Position numbers and translations under genes: made by a program
NCBI GenBank assembly: GCA_951406725.2
Contig: OX597841.1
Span: forward strand, 19,096,001 to 19,160,000
Length of the DNA: 64,000 bases
Reading direction: 5' to 3'
Source of the DNA: Octopus vulgaris
Lineage: Eukaryota
Shown: one piece after another, positions 1 through 9,849 of the stretch
Numbering within the stretch: the first letter of the stretch is position 1
How the letters are laid out: every line of letters starts with the position of its first letter
Notes under the pieces: generated by a model
Databases searched by the model: none
Told to the model about the DNA's origin: nothing
What the model saw: only the letters and a program-made list of their open reading frames with translations

Positions 1-1
1 G

Positions 2-301
2 GCAAAAGAAATAAATGAGATACTTACTCAAACCCATGGGAGAAGCAAACACTAAGTCATGGGCACAATTAAGTACTCCAAATACATCCAAAATAGAAAT
101 ACTCCAGCCCATTCGAGACAGTGCGATTTGAGACACGTGCGATATCAATGGCCTCTGTGAGGGCCTCAGTTCAAATCGCACGTATCTCGAATGGGCTGAA
201 GTATTTCTATTTTGGATGTATTTGGGGTACTTAGTTGTGCTCATGACTTAGTGTCTGCTTCTTCCATGGGTATGAGTAAGTATCTCATTTATTTCTTTTG
301 C
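2..301. repeat. Fold-back inverted repeat (arms ~2-131 and ~171-301) of a hammerhead-bearing element; left arm runs off the window
   Basis: gcaaaagaaataaatgagatacttactca...gtgcgatttga is the reverse complement of tcaaatcgcac...tgagtaagtatctcatttatttcttttgc with scattered mismatches; followed by a hammerhead motif and (TA)n at ~488-536. Confidence 0.9.
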
Positions 302-305
302 TACA

Positions 306-362
306 TGTATCACTGACGAAGAGATGGCTGTTATGAGCTAACCCTGAAATCGGTCCGATATG
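306..362 (+). ncRNA. Type I hammerhead ribozyme-like motif (slightly decayed)
   Basis: TGTATC(A) CTGACGA AGAGATGGCT-gttatg-AGCTAACCCT GAAAT CG GTC (C)GATATG: stem I, core, stem II, GAAA, near-palindromic stem III, GUC triplet. Confidence 0.7.
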
Positions 363-476
363 GATATAATGGAATTTTTTAGAAATTTCTGTCGACCTTT
401 TTTCGAGTAGCGTGCGTATTGTGAAAAAATTATATGGTTAATGGACAATATGTCCAATTTTTCGGCATACATACAC

Positions 477-537
<61 letters not shown>

Positions 538-539
<2 letters not shown>

Positions 540-940
540 AAGAGTAAATAATGTCTTTAATGCTTTTTAAAAAAACCAACAATTATTTACTGGTAGATTT
601 CGGCATGTAAATATAACCATTAACGGTAGGAACTTCTATAAAGTTCAGTATATATATATTGTATATAAATAAAAGGGGCAGGCAACAGGTTGCTTAGCCG
701 CAAACTGAAAAAATTAGAAATAGCAGTCAGAGACTGTTTATTTCTATTTTCTACAAATGAGACTCCACATACGACATATCCCTGTAATTCACATTTGCAA
801 AACAGAAGAAAGAAATAACGAAAACAAAGTCTGACAGTCATTTACGAACGCGTTTCTAATTTAGAAATATATTTTTCATATCTTTCATCAGCGTAATTTT
901 TTCGGCATGCGGCTAAGCAACCTATTGCCTGCCTCTTTTA

Positions 941-945
<5 letters not shown>
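538..945 (-). mobile_element. Non-autonomous Penelope-like element with hammerhead and short terminal inversion, between (TA)n tracts
   Basis: 671-702 is the reverse complement of 908-940; homologous copies at ~32240-32807 and (diverged) ~1865-2052; hammerhead at 842-896. Confidence 0.65.
842..896 (-). ncRNA. Type I hammerhead ribozyme-like motif
   Basis: Minus strand TTACG CTGATGA AAGATATG-aaaaa-TATATTT ctaaatta GAAAC GC GTT CGTAA: 5-bp stem I TTACG/CGTAA, canonical core, palindromic ACGCGT stem III. Confidence 0.75.
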
Positions 946-986
<41 letters not shown>

Positions 987-989
<3 letters not shown>

Positions 990-1150
990 GGAGAGTTTAC
1001 AAAAAAAAAACAAAAGACAAAGACAGGTGGTGTACAAAACAAACAGATGTATTAGTATAACGCTCAGGAATACAAAAAGTCCTTTACGTTTCGAGCCTAC
1101 GCTCTTCCACAGAAAGGGACACAGAAAAACCAAGGAAAGAAACAAGGAGA
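987..1150 (-). mobile_element. Short repeat carrying the CUGUGGA-core hammerhead variant (motif 1079-1120)
   Basis: Minus strand CTTT CTGTGGA A GAGC gtag GCTC GAAAC GTA AAGG; homologous to 2115-2302 and 35730-35937. Confidence 0.7.
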
Positions 1151-1576
1151 GACCTCCTCGAGGAACATGAAGACGCAGGCTGAAAAGCAGAGCATTTTCC
1201 AATCGAAGTCGGATGTAGAGGGTTTGTTGGACACAGTGTGAGACGACTGTTGTCATCGCAAGGCCTAACTCATCGTAAAGTCAATACCACCATGACCGAT
1301 ATCCAATCTACAGTGGAGAAGGCTAGCCACTGGATTTGGTTAAAAAGAGACGATGAGCGATGGCTAGAAGTATATTGAGCTTTATTTGATAACCAGCTGA
1401 TCTAGCAAGCGGGGCCTCATATCACAGAGGGGGGTGGGGCGGTGCGCATTGATGCCCTCGAGAGGTAGGCCCCGAAACGGCGCACATTCTCTCCTGATGA
1501 CCCCATACACTTGCTGGCTTCCGGTATGCGGAGTTTTTGACTGGTAGCACTTGCATGTGCAAGTTGTTTACAAGAC

Positions 1577-1579
<3 letters not shown>
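1151..1579 (+). mobile_element. 3' end of a Hero-like (restriction-like endonuclease) non-LTR retrotransposon, 5'-truncated, one in-frame stop
   Basis: Frame from 1151 reads DLLEEHEDAG*KAEHFPIEVGCRGFVGHSVRRLLSSQGL...VEKASHWIWLKRDDERWLEVY* (stop 1376-1378). PIEVGCRGF and ASxWIWLKR match the Hero-clade C-terminus as recalled. 3' UTR contains ccgaaac...ctgatga and ends at (TA)n. Confidence 0.8.
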
Positions 1580-1653
<74 letters not shown>

Positions 1654-1864
1654 GAAATGATTTTTTGTCCCTCTTAGCGTGTGGCATCTATGTATAATAA
1701 TGCCCTCTATATATAAATTAATATGTTCAATAAGAAAGAATTATTTTCGAAATTTTTCTCTTATGAGGTTTTTCACGCTATCTACCTGATAATTTCTTAT
1801 TAAGATTCCTTATTAAGAAGTTGTCCTTAATTGCTATATATATATATATATATATATATTATAA

Positions 1865-2049
1865 CAATGAGGGTCTTTGCAACAGGCTGCTAGACCACAT
1901 ACCGAAAGTATTAGGAATAGCAGCCAGACGACTGTTATTTCTTTTACAACAAAAATATGTCCCACAGACAATAGTATTTGTAACTCACTATGGCAAAAAA
2001 ACGAAGAAAAACAACGAAATCAAACAGTCTCCGGTTAATTATGGACGCA

Positions 2050-2052
<3 letters not shown>
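1865..2052 (-). mobile_element. Diverged relative of the 538-945 element, between (TA)n tracts
   Basis: gcaacaggctgctagaccacataccgaaagtattaggaatagcagccagacgactgtt aligns to gcaacaggttgcttagccgcaaactgaaaaaattagaaatagcagtcagagactgtt. Confidence 0.6.
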
Positions 2053-2113
<61 letters not shown>

Positions 2114-2114
2114 T

Positions 2115-2302
2115 TCGGTAGCCACTACACACGGTTTTTTTCTCTCCTTGTTTTTTCTGTGTCCCTTTCTGTGGAAGAGCGTAGGCTCGAAACATAAAAG
2201 ACTTTTTCAATTCCCGAGCATGATACTAATACTAATACATGTTTGTTTTCTACACCACCTGACTTCGTCTTTTGTTTGTTTGTTTTTTTCGTGAATTCTC
2301 CC
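2115..2302 (+). mobile_element. Short repeat with CUGUGGA-core hammerhead variant (motif 2165-2200), between (TA)n tracts
   Basis: CTTT CTGTGGA A GAGC gtag GCTC GAAAC ATA AAAG; reverse-complement homology to 987-1150. Confidence 0.7.
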
Positions 2303-2337
2303 TATATATATATATATATATACATATATACATTTGA

Positions 2338-2398
2338 ATGGCGGTGCCCCATCATGGCCACAGCTCGTGAGCTGAAACTAGATAAAATGAAAAAAAAA
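2338..2398 (+). mobile_element. ~60-bp LINE 3'-tail insertion (other copies 17550-17616 -, 27732-27795 +, 28035-28098 -)
   Basis: atggcggtgcccca(g)catggccacagctc...agctgaaact followed by an A-rich or AATC tail; same motif as the SINE family B tail. Confidence 0.7.
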
Positions 2399-2995
2399 TA
2401 GGTATATACAGATATACATATATATAGATACATACATACACACACGCACGCACACACACACGCACGCACACACACACACACACACATATTCACACACGCA
2501 CACACACTCACGCACACGTACATACGTACATACATCAAGCCTCATTATTATGAGGCGTGCACCATTTCCTGTTACTTTTATCTGGAAGGAATAACAAAAA
2601 GGAGCGCCATTTTCGTTTGTGCTTTTTTCAGGTTAAAGATTCATGTGGCTTTTGTTTCCTCGTGGGCCAGCACTGTTGCAGCAGTTACTGAAACAAAGAA
2701 GTTCCATCCTGGCACATTCCGTGTTTCAATTCAAACCGCTGAACTAAGACTGAATTATTTAATAAATCCAATTATTATTCATAGCGTAGTTTGTGACTAC
2801 AATGAGAAGTTAGTCGCTAATTTTAGCAGTTAATGAGACCACGTGACGTTTCTGCTTTTGGTTGGCTGTTGGAGTAATTTTGGGTTAAGGGACAGGGGTA
2901 GGGGTAAGGTGCAGCTTCTTTGTCCTTGGGTGTAATGTAAACATCGTCTGCTGCGATATTAGGTTCTTCATCTTCGATGCCCTTTCTCCTGCTTG

Positions 2996-3042
<47 letters not shown>

Positions 3043-3045
<3 letters not shown>

Positions 3046-3490
3046 ATGAAACTGGAGGAAGCAATCAAAATAAAAACGGCCAGAATTGGAAAATCTTAAA
3101 GAAATTGTGTTCCACCATGACAACGCAAGACCACACACGTCTTTGCTAACTCATGAAACATTATTGGAGTTTGGTTGGGAAGTGATGATCACATCCACCA
3201 TATAGCCCTGACCTTGCACCATCAGATGACCATTTATTTCGAAGTTTGCAAAATTCTTTGAATGGTAAAACTTCCAATAATGACGATGACCTGAAATCGC
3301 ATTAGCTTCAGTTTTTGGCTGATAAGGACCAGAATTTCTATGAAAGCGGAATTTTCCAGAAAGATGGCAAAAAAGTCATCGAACAGAATGGAAAATATAT
3401 AATTGATTTAAAGTTTATTCTTTGTATGAAAAGAAAAATGACTTTTATTTCACACTATAAAATCGAAATTACTTTCTTGCCAACCCAAGA
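3043..3490 (+). mobile_element. Mariner transposase C-terminal remnant with 3' TIR
   Basis: With frameshifts reads KRPELENLKEIVFHHDNARPHTSLLT...LLEFGWEV..HPPYSPDLAPSDDHLFRSLQNSLNGK...FYESGI...KVIEQNGKYIID; ends attactttcttgccaacccaa. Confidence 0.9.
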
Positions 3491-3503
3491 TATAACCGTC
3501 GAC

Positions 3504-4089
3504 AAGGCGGCGTGCTGGCAGAGTGGTTAGCACGCTGGGTGAAGTGCTTAGCGGTATTTCGTCTGCCGTTACGTTCTGAGTTCAAATTCCGCCGAGGTCG
3601 ACTTTGCCTTTCATCCTTTCTGGGTCGATAAATTAAGTACCAGTTACGCACTGGGGTCGATGTAATCGATTTAATCCGTTTATCTGTCCTTGTTCGTTCT
3701 CTCTGTGTTTAGCCCCTTGTGGGTAGTAAAGAAATAGGTATTTCGTCTGGCTTTATGTTCTCAGTTCAAATTACGCCGAGGTCGACTTTGCCTTTCATCC
3801 TTTCGGGGTCGATTAAATAAGTACCAGTTACGCACTGGGGTCGATGTAATCGACTTAATCCGTTTGTCTGTCCTTGTTTGTCCTCTCTGTGTTTAGCCCC
3901 TTGTGGGTAGTAAAGAAATAGGTATTTCGTCTGGCTTTATGTTCTCAGTTCAAATTACGCCGAGGTTGACTTTGCCTTTCAGCCCTTTGGGGTCGATAAA
4001 TTAAGTACCAGTTGCGTACTGGGGTCGACCTAATCGACTGTCCCCCCTTCCCCAAAATTTCGGGCCTTCTGCCTAGAGTAGAAAAGAAT
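3504..4089 (+). mobile_element. tRNA-derived SINE family A, internally multimerised, with TSD
   Basis: Head AAGGCGGCG..TGGCAGAGTGGTTAGCACG (A box) and GTTCAAATTCC (B box); ~182-bp body repeated; TSD atataaccgtc at 3490-3500 and 4090-4100. Confidence 0.9.
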
Positions 4090-4327
4090 ATATAACCGTC
4101 TGCGTTACTTGCTCACGCGTATTGTTTGTGAGCTAGAACTATGGGGTGGGGGACATATGGTTGAGGAGCCGATGTACATCGAAAGGATAGGCTCCCTAGG
4201 CTCCCGCTTAGTTTTTCCGTGTTTGACTCAGTCAAGCGATGTTGGGTGGACAAACACAGAAATACAAACATGTACACACACAACACACATATATATACAT
4301 ATATACATATATCCGGTCAATCAAAAT

Positions 4328-4517
4328 GTGACCGCGTGTGTACCGTTGGCGATTTTTTTCCCTCTGTCTCCCCTTCTCTGGATCTTTCCTTCTCCTATTT
4401 TTCCGACGAAGAGCTCCGCTCGAAACGTTAAGCCCTCCTTCTTCCCTTCCTTCCTGAGCGTCCAATAATACTATATTTGTTCCACGTCCTCGCGTTGTTG
4501 TGTTTTCATGTTTGGAT

Positions 4518-4522
<5 letters not shown>
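4328..4522 (+). mobile_element. Short repeat with CCGACGA-core hammerhead variant (motif 4399-4433) ending at (TA)n
   Basis: TTTT CCGACGA A GAGC tcc GCTC GAAAC GTT AAGC; homologues at 39645-39852, 62962-63170 and 63225-63395. Confidence 0.7.
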
Positions 4523-4549
<27 letters not shown>

Positions 4550-4550
4550 C

Positions 4551-5157
4551 GCGAGAAAGAAGCAACAAGAATGGATAGGTTTTTAGTACAATCGTTTCAT
4601 ACAAGGACAGGCTTTATTAAAAGTTGCAAAAATTACAGCATATAAACGTGTCCCGTACTCATCAGCTAAAATACATGTGAGTTCTCTAGACATCCTATTG
4701 GTTGAGGCTATACTCATGAAGTAATGTAGATAATTAAGTAACATAAACAGATTTCCAAAGTTCATTAAAGTTCTTTAAAGATGATGTACAGTCTTATCAC
4801 AGAATTTTAAAAAAGTTTTAATAGCATCACAGAGAAGGTGACCTAATCCATAGTGCACATATGAATTTCCAGAGATATGATGAGGTATTACATACTCACA
4901 GACGACAAATTTATCCATTGTTAATGGATGAGTACGGGACACGTTTATATGCTGTAATTTTTGCAACTTTTAATAAAGCCTGTCCTTATATGAAACGATT
5001 GTACTAAAAACCTATCCATTCTTGTTGCTTCTTTCTCGCTTATAATCACCCCACATTACTGTATTGTTAAAACAGTATAGTTTTTTTTTGGTGCATCTAA
5101 GTTAGGTACCACATTCAAGTAAATTCATTTAAATTAACTTGAATCTTCATTGCTTTT

Positions 5158-5160
<3 letters not shown>
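4551..5160. mobile_element. Fold-back Penelope-like element (arms 4551-4663 and 4927-5039) between (TA)n tracts
   Basis: Near-perfect 113-bp inverted repeat; 3' tail 5040-5150 related to 43340-43577 and 56640-56810. Confidence 0.8.
4581..4671 (-). ncRNA. Type I hammerhead-like motif with long stem II
   Basis: Minus strand TTTTAG CTGATGA G TAC GGGACA..TTTAT...ATAAA..TGTCCT TGTA T GAAAC GATT GTA CTAAAA: 6-bp stem I, canonical core, GUA triplet. Confidence 0.8.
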
Positions 5161-5220
<60 letters not shown>

Positions 5221-5426
5221 GAGAGGTAATGGTATCCAGAGGACCCAAGGAAGCAGGTAACGCTACGTAAGTGCTATGGAAGGACCGTAGTCAAACTCTC
5301 GATTCGATAATGATACGAGTGAGGAGTCTAGTGCGGATCTTGTATGAGTTTGTATATGTTAAATAAAATGAGACAGCAAAGCCAAGGTTGTATGGAATTT
5401 TCAGGACATTTATATAGAGAAAGTTA

Positions 5427-5474
5427 GCCTTACAGCTGTTTCTGGGATATTAGGGATATCCCTTCGTCAGAGAC
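5427..5474 (-). ncRNA. Type I hammerhead-like motif, copy 1 of a tandem pair
   Basis: Minus strand GTCT CTGACGA A GGGATAT-cccta-ATATCCC A GAAAC AGCT GTA AGGC; palindromic ACAGCTGT stem III. Confidence 0.85.
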
Positions 5475-5564
5475 GATGTGAGATGGTTAAATAGAGGGAA
5501 ATAGTAGAGTCCAATATAAGGACTTATTTTGGAAAAGGGTGGAAGTAAGAAGTATAAAGGGAAA

Positions 5565-5960
5565 TCTTTATATATAAAAGTGAGGTTGTCTGTCTGTCTC
5601 CTACGATTTAGATTCCTAACTACTCCCACATTTTGCGGTGCAGTTTAACCAAACCCGGGTATCTTATAGTCGTGATTCATATCGAGCCCTTCTGGGTATT
5701 AGCGCGCGTCTGCGATGAGTCTACGATTAAAAAAAAAATTTACCATCAATTTTTCCCATTTTTAATGCATTTTTGGCATATATAAGGGAAGTAACTCTCT
5801 AAAAATTTATTATTAAATCTCAGAACGTAAAAAGCTACAGTAACACCCCACCCCCTTTGTGGTTAGCCATATTGAGATGGCTATTATATTTTACATCTCT
5901 AAAAATGCTTATATAGTTATTTCCCTTACAAACCCGAGCAACGCCGGGCGATACTGCTAG
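5565..5960 (+). mobile_element. Non-autonomous Helitron
   Basis: Starts A|TCTTTATATATAAAAG; ends with hairpin CCCG-agcaacgc-CGGG then CTAG|T; 3' ~70 bp shared with 31849-32230. Confidence 0.85.
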
Positions 5961-6030
5961 TGTTAAATAAAATGAGACAACAAAGCCAAGGTTGTATGGA
6001 ATTTTCAGGACATTTATATAGAGAAAGTTA

Positions 6031-6078
6031 GCTTTACAGCTGTTTCTGGGATATTAGGGATATCCCTTCGTCAGAGAC
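6031..6078 (-). ncRNA. Type I hammerhead-like motif, copy 2 of a tandem pair
   Basis: Same as 5427-5474 with one substitution in stem I; lies in the ~208-bp direct repeat 5357-5564 / 5961-6170. Confidence 0.85.
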
Positions 6079-6607
6079 GATGTGAGATGGTTAAATAGAG
6101 GGAAATAGTAGAGTTTCAGTATAAGGAGTTATTTTGGAAAAGGATAGAAGTAAGAAGTATAAAGGGAAATAGAGAATAAAAGTAAAAATATATGAAGGAT
6201 GTTACAGTTGCAGATCCATAATCCGAGGAATGGAGCTGCGACCTTAAGGCTGGGTAATAGGCATACACAACGTTATTAAATGGAGATCAGGCTTGCTGCA
6301 TAAGTGCCGGCCACATGATATTCATGTACTTTATATTAAAAATGCTGTCGATAACAGATGTAGCACGGATTTTTGTCAGTGAACAGGTCGCGGGCTCAAA
6401 GCGACGAAAATATTTTGACAAATTAAACTTAAATGTTGAAGTGAATCTAAAGGTTTTGTGTGGTTCTTAAATGGCTTACAAACACCTTCCGCGCTGCAAT
6501 TGTTTTCTTTCCAGCACACGATCTCAGATCAAGTCACTTGCTATGCAAGTACATCTCCGTAATACTGTCGATAATATTCACGAAATGTAGAATTGACACC
6601 TGTACCA

Positions 6608-6677
6608 ATTTCTTTACTACCCACAAGGGGCTAAACACAGAGAGGATAAACGGATTATGTGTGTATGTGTGTGTGTA

Positions 6678-6719
<42 letters not shown>

Positions 6720-7050
6720 AGTGCGTAACTGGTACTTAATTTATCGACCCCAAAAGGATGAACGGTAAAGTCGACCTCGGCGAAATTTGAACTCAGAACG
6801 TAATGGCAGACGAAATACCTATTTCTTTACTACCTACAGGGGGCTAAACATAGAGGGGACAAACAGGGACAGACAAACGGATTAAGTCGATTATATCGAC
6901 CTTAGTGTGTAACTGGTACTTATTTAATCAACCCCGAAAGGATGAAAGGCAAAGTCGACCTCGGGGAATTTGAACTCAGAACATAAGACAGACGAAATAA
7001 TGCTAAACATTTCGTCCGGCGTGCTAACGTTTCTGCCAGCTCGCCGCCTT
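6608..7050 (-). mobile_element. tRNA-SINE family A (dimeric body) with TSD
   Basis: Reverse complement of the family A head at 7020-7050; TSD tgacacctgtacca at 6594-6607 and 7054-7067. Confidence 0.9.
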
Positions 7051-7101
7051 CACTGACACCTGTACCACTTTGTTATATTATGTGCGTGTGTGTGTACGTG
7101 T

Positions 7102-7184
<83 letters not shown>

Positions 7185-7206
7185 CTTTATTTTGAAGTTC
7201 ATAAAC

Positions 7207-7289
7207 GCATCTGATGAAAGCGGCTTCTTTACAATGATGTAATGTTTTCGTTAATCCATTGAAAGAATCGATAGAGACGGCCATAATGG
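7207..7289 (+). ncRNA. Decayed hammerhead-like motif with long stem II, between (TG)n tracts
   Basis: GCAT CTGATGA, then nested hairpin TTCTTT-CAATG-TAATG tttt CGTTA-CATTG-AAAGAA, then GAGAC GGCC ATA ATGG (expected GAAAC GGCC GTA ATGC). Confidence 0.6.
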
Positions 7290-7318
7290 ATTGTCACCCG
7301 TACCTTTACTGTCACTCA

Positions 7319-7358
<40 letters not shown>

Positions 7359-7719
7359 TGTACGTACGATCTTTTATGTGTATTGGAAAGAAGACAACTA
7401 TGTGTATGTGGGGTGGGGTATGTAGGTGTGAGTGTGTAGATATGTAGGTAGAAGTGGTGTGTATGTGGGTATGTTTGGTGCGACACGTATAAACATGTTT
7501 GTTTATCTCCATTATCATCACTTCGGTTTTCGTCGCATTTCCTCTTCTGATCTCTATCTTACAACTTATTGACTATATCTTGTGCAATTGTTATCATACA
7601 CAAAGGACAGCTAACTTGTCGTTGGCTCAGTCTACCTGGCTGCCAAGTGGAGAGCATCGTTTGAATATTCCCACTGGATGATAAAGGATACATAGAGCAA
7701 GAGTCAGCGACAGAAGTAC

Positions 7720-8211
7720 AACAGAGCGTTGGTTTATGAACGCCTTTCTCACTTATAGCAAATCGGTTTACGAACAATTTTCCGAACGGTGTCTCGAGTA
7801 ACGAACACACAAGCCGGCAACAACGGCTGGGGACAAACTGGCAGTATCAACAGTAGAAGAGCGTCAGTTGGTGTCTAGCATTTGATCAGTGCACATCCTT
7901 GCTCGGATTCGCTTGCCTTCTCCTCAATTTCCCATGGAAATAACAGTTTCGGTTTACGAACATTTCGGGTGACAAACGGTGTCCCGAGTAATGAACATGC
8001 AAGCCTGCAACAACGGTTTATGACAAACTGGGAGTATCAGCAGAAGAGCGTCAGTTGAGGTCTAGGATTTGATGAGTGCACGTGCCTGCTCGAATTCGCC
8101 GTGCCCACTTCTTGAATTTCATATGGGAAAAATAGCTTCGGTTTACGAACACTTCGAGCAACGAACGGCCTTCGGTGATGAATTAAATTCGTAAACCGCC
8201 GTTCCACTGTA
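7720..8211. mobile_element. Terminus of a Tigger/pogo-like DNA transposon with ~190-bp subterminal tandem repeats
   Basis: Ends ...gaattaaattcgtaaaccgccgttccactg-TA (minus strand TA|CAGTGGAAC); the cggtttacgaac unit recurs at ~7764, ~7950 and ~8139. Confidence 0.65.
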
Positions 8212-8388
8212 TTCTCTGCAATCTTCTTATTTTTATTTTATTTGTTTTTCCTTTTTTTAATATATTTGTGGACCATTGATAGCTTTTCTACTCGTGTTTT
8301 GTTTTTGTGATATAAACAGGGGAGGGGGAGTATGCGGAGATATCTTAATACGTATGATAGCATGGACCATTTAGGAGCCACCGATACC

Positions 8389-8401
8389 ATCATCATCATC
8401 G

Positions 8402-8460
<59 letters not shown>

Positions 8461-8509
8461 ATTATCATCATCATCATCATCGTCGTCGTCATCGTCGTCG
8501 TCGTCGTCG

Positions 8510-8571
<62 letters not shown>

Positions 8572-8572
8572 G
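8389..8572. repeat. (ATC)n/(GTC)n trinucleotide repeat
   Basis: Direct reading. Confidence 0.95.
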
Positions 8573-8784
8573 TACTAACGTATTCTTTTCTAGACGCGCT
8601 TGGATCAAACCGTATTCGTTCAAGCAGATTTCCTTTCACCAATTACCCTTCCAGTCGTCACCTCGAACCCGTTTAGGGGTCCGACAGACGATGACCCTCA
8701 GCATTTAAGGTGTTTATACACGTTTTACCATAAGCTCTCTTTTACTCTTTTCTTTTTTTCTTTCTTTTTTTTCGTTCTCCACAG

Positions 8785-8904
8785 TTAAGAGCAATGAAAT
8801 TTCCTTTGGGAGTTCAAATATGTCTCAAACATATCTCAACCGACAGGAAGTTCATTTACAGGGGCGGGTGGGGGTGGGGGGATAATGCAAAAGTAGGCCC
8901 CACG
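8785..8904 (+). other. Candidate 120-nt exon
   Basis: Long polypyrimidine tract 8735-8780 + CAG acceptor; donor ACG|GTGAGT; one frame open (LRAMKFPLGVQICLKHISTDRKFIYRGGWGWGDNAKVGPT) but no recognisable protein. Confidence 0.25.
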
Positions 8905-8958
8905 GTGAGTATCGCATCAACGTTTTAATACTTAATTCATTAAGCTTATTAACACAGC

Positions 8959-9350
8959 GTGGAGGCGCAATGGCCCAGTGGTTAGGGCAGCGGACTCGCG
9001 GTCATAGGATCGCGGTTTCGATTCCCAGACCGTGCGTTGTGAGTGTTCATTGAGTGAAAACACCTAAAGCTCCACAAGGCTCCGGCAGGGGATGGTGGTG
9101 ATCCCTGCCGTACTCTTTCACCACAACTTTCTCTCACTCTTACTTCCTGTTTCTTTTGTACCTGTATTTCAAAGGGCCGGCCTTGTCACTCTCTGTGTCA
9201 CGCTGAATATCCCTGAGAATTACGTTAAGGGTACACGTGTCTGTGGAGTGCTCAGCCACTTACACGTTAATTTCACGAGCAGGCTGTTCCGTTGATTCGG
9301 ATCAACCGGAACCCTCGTCGTCGTAACCGACGGAGTGCTTCCACTTCCAC
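8959..9350 (+). mobile_element. tRNA-derived SINE family C with TSD
   Basis: GGAGGCGCAATGGCCCAGTGGTTAGGGCAGCGGACTCGCGGTC...GGTTTCGATTCCC tRNA-like head; TSD tattaacacag at 8947-8957 and 9351-9361. Confidence 0.9.
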
Positions 9351-9454
9351 TATTAACACAGTTAATTAGTTAGCTTCGTTTTTGATATTTTCAGTGTTGT
9401 TAATCATAACAATATATTTATCATGACTATACTTAAATCCTTAAAAACGTTCAA

Positions 9455-9652
9455 CGGGCACCACCGTTGAACGAGCTACACTAGTATGTGAATCCACCTC
9501 TGATACGTGGCACTTGGTCAACAAGGGAGTTCGATCCGCTGCCCGCATCTGTGTTTCCTGCTGAGAGGTAGTTTCATCTGGAACCCCTGACAAGAAGAGA
9601 TCCAGTTTAGTTTTAAAGAAACCCACATCCACACCATGCAGGTCTCTCAGGA
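9455..9652 (-). mobile_element. 3' end of a CR1/L2-group LINE
   Basis: LRDLHGVDVGFFKTKLDLFLSGVPDETT...MRAA fits the FKxKLDxFLxxVPDEP...RAA C-terminal motif; its UTR reaches ggtggtgccc, the start of the shared SINE-B tail. Confidence 0.7.
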
Positions 9653-9849
9653 ATAATAATGATACTTTTATCGTAACTTTTAATTCATTTTTTTATTAAA
9701 AAAAAAAAAAGTATTGTACGTGTTATCTTCTTTTTTTTTCTTCTCTTTTTCATAACTGTATCCCTACTTTTGTTCCACCCTGTACACTCATATATTTAGA
9801 AATACATATGTCTTCTTCCGCTCTTTTCAATTTTAGAGTAAATTTTGAC

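Noticed and set aside
2880-2997. Short minus-strand frame RRKGIEDEEPNIAADDVYITPKDKEAAP
   Set aside because: No splice signals or identifiable family; too short to call
4775-4966. 63-aa ORF inside the fold-back element as a possible Penelope ORF end
   Set aside because: It crosses the inversion junction and shows no GIY-YIG or RT motif; no autonomous PLE ORF is visible in the window
8959-9035. Apparent tRNA gene (and other tRNA-like heads)
   Set aside because: It is the head of a multicopy SINE with body, tail and TSD; no proper acceptor stem
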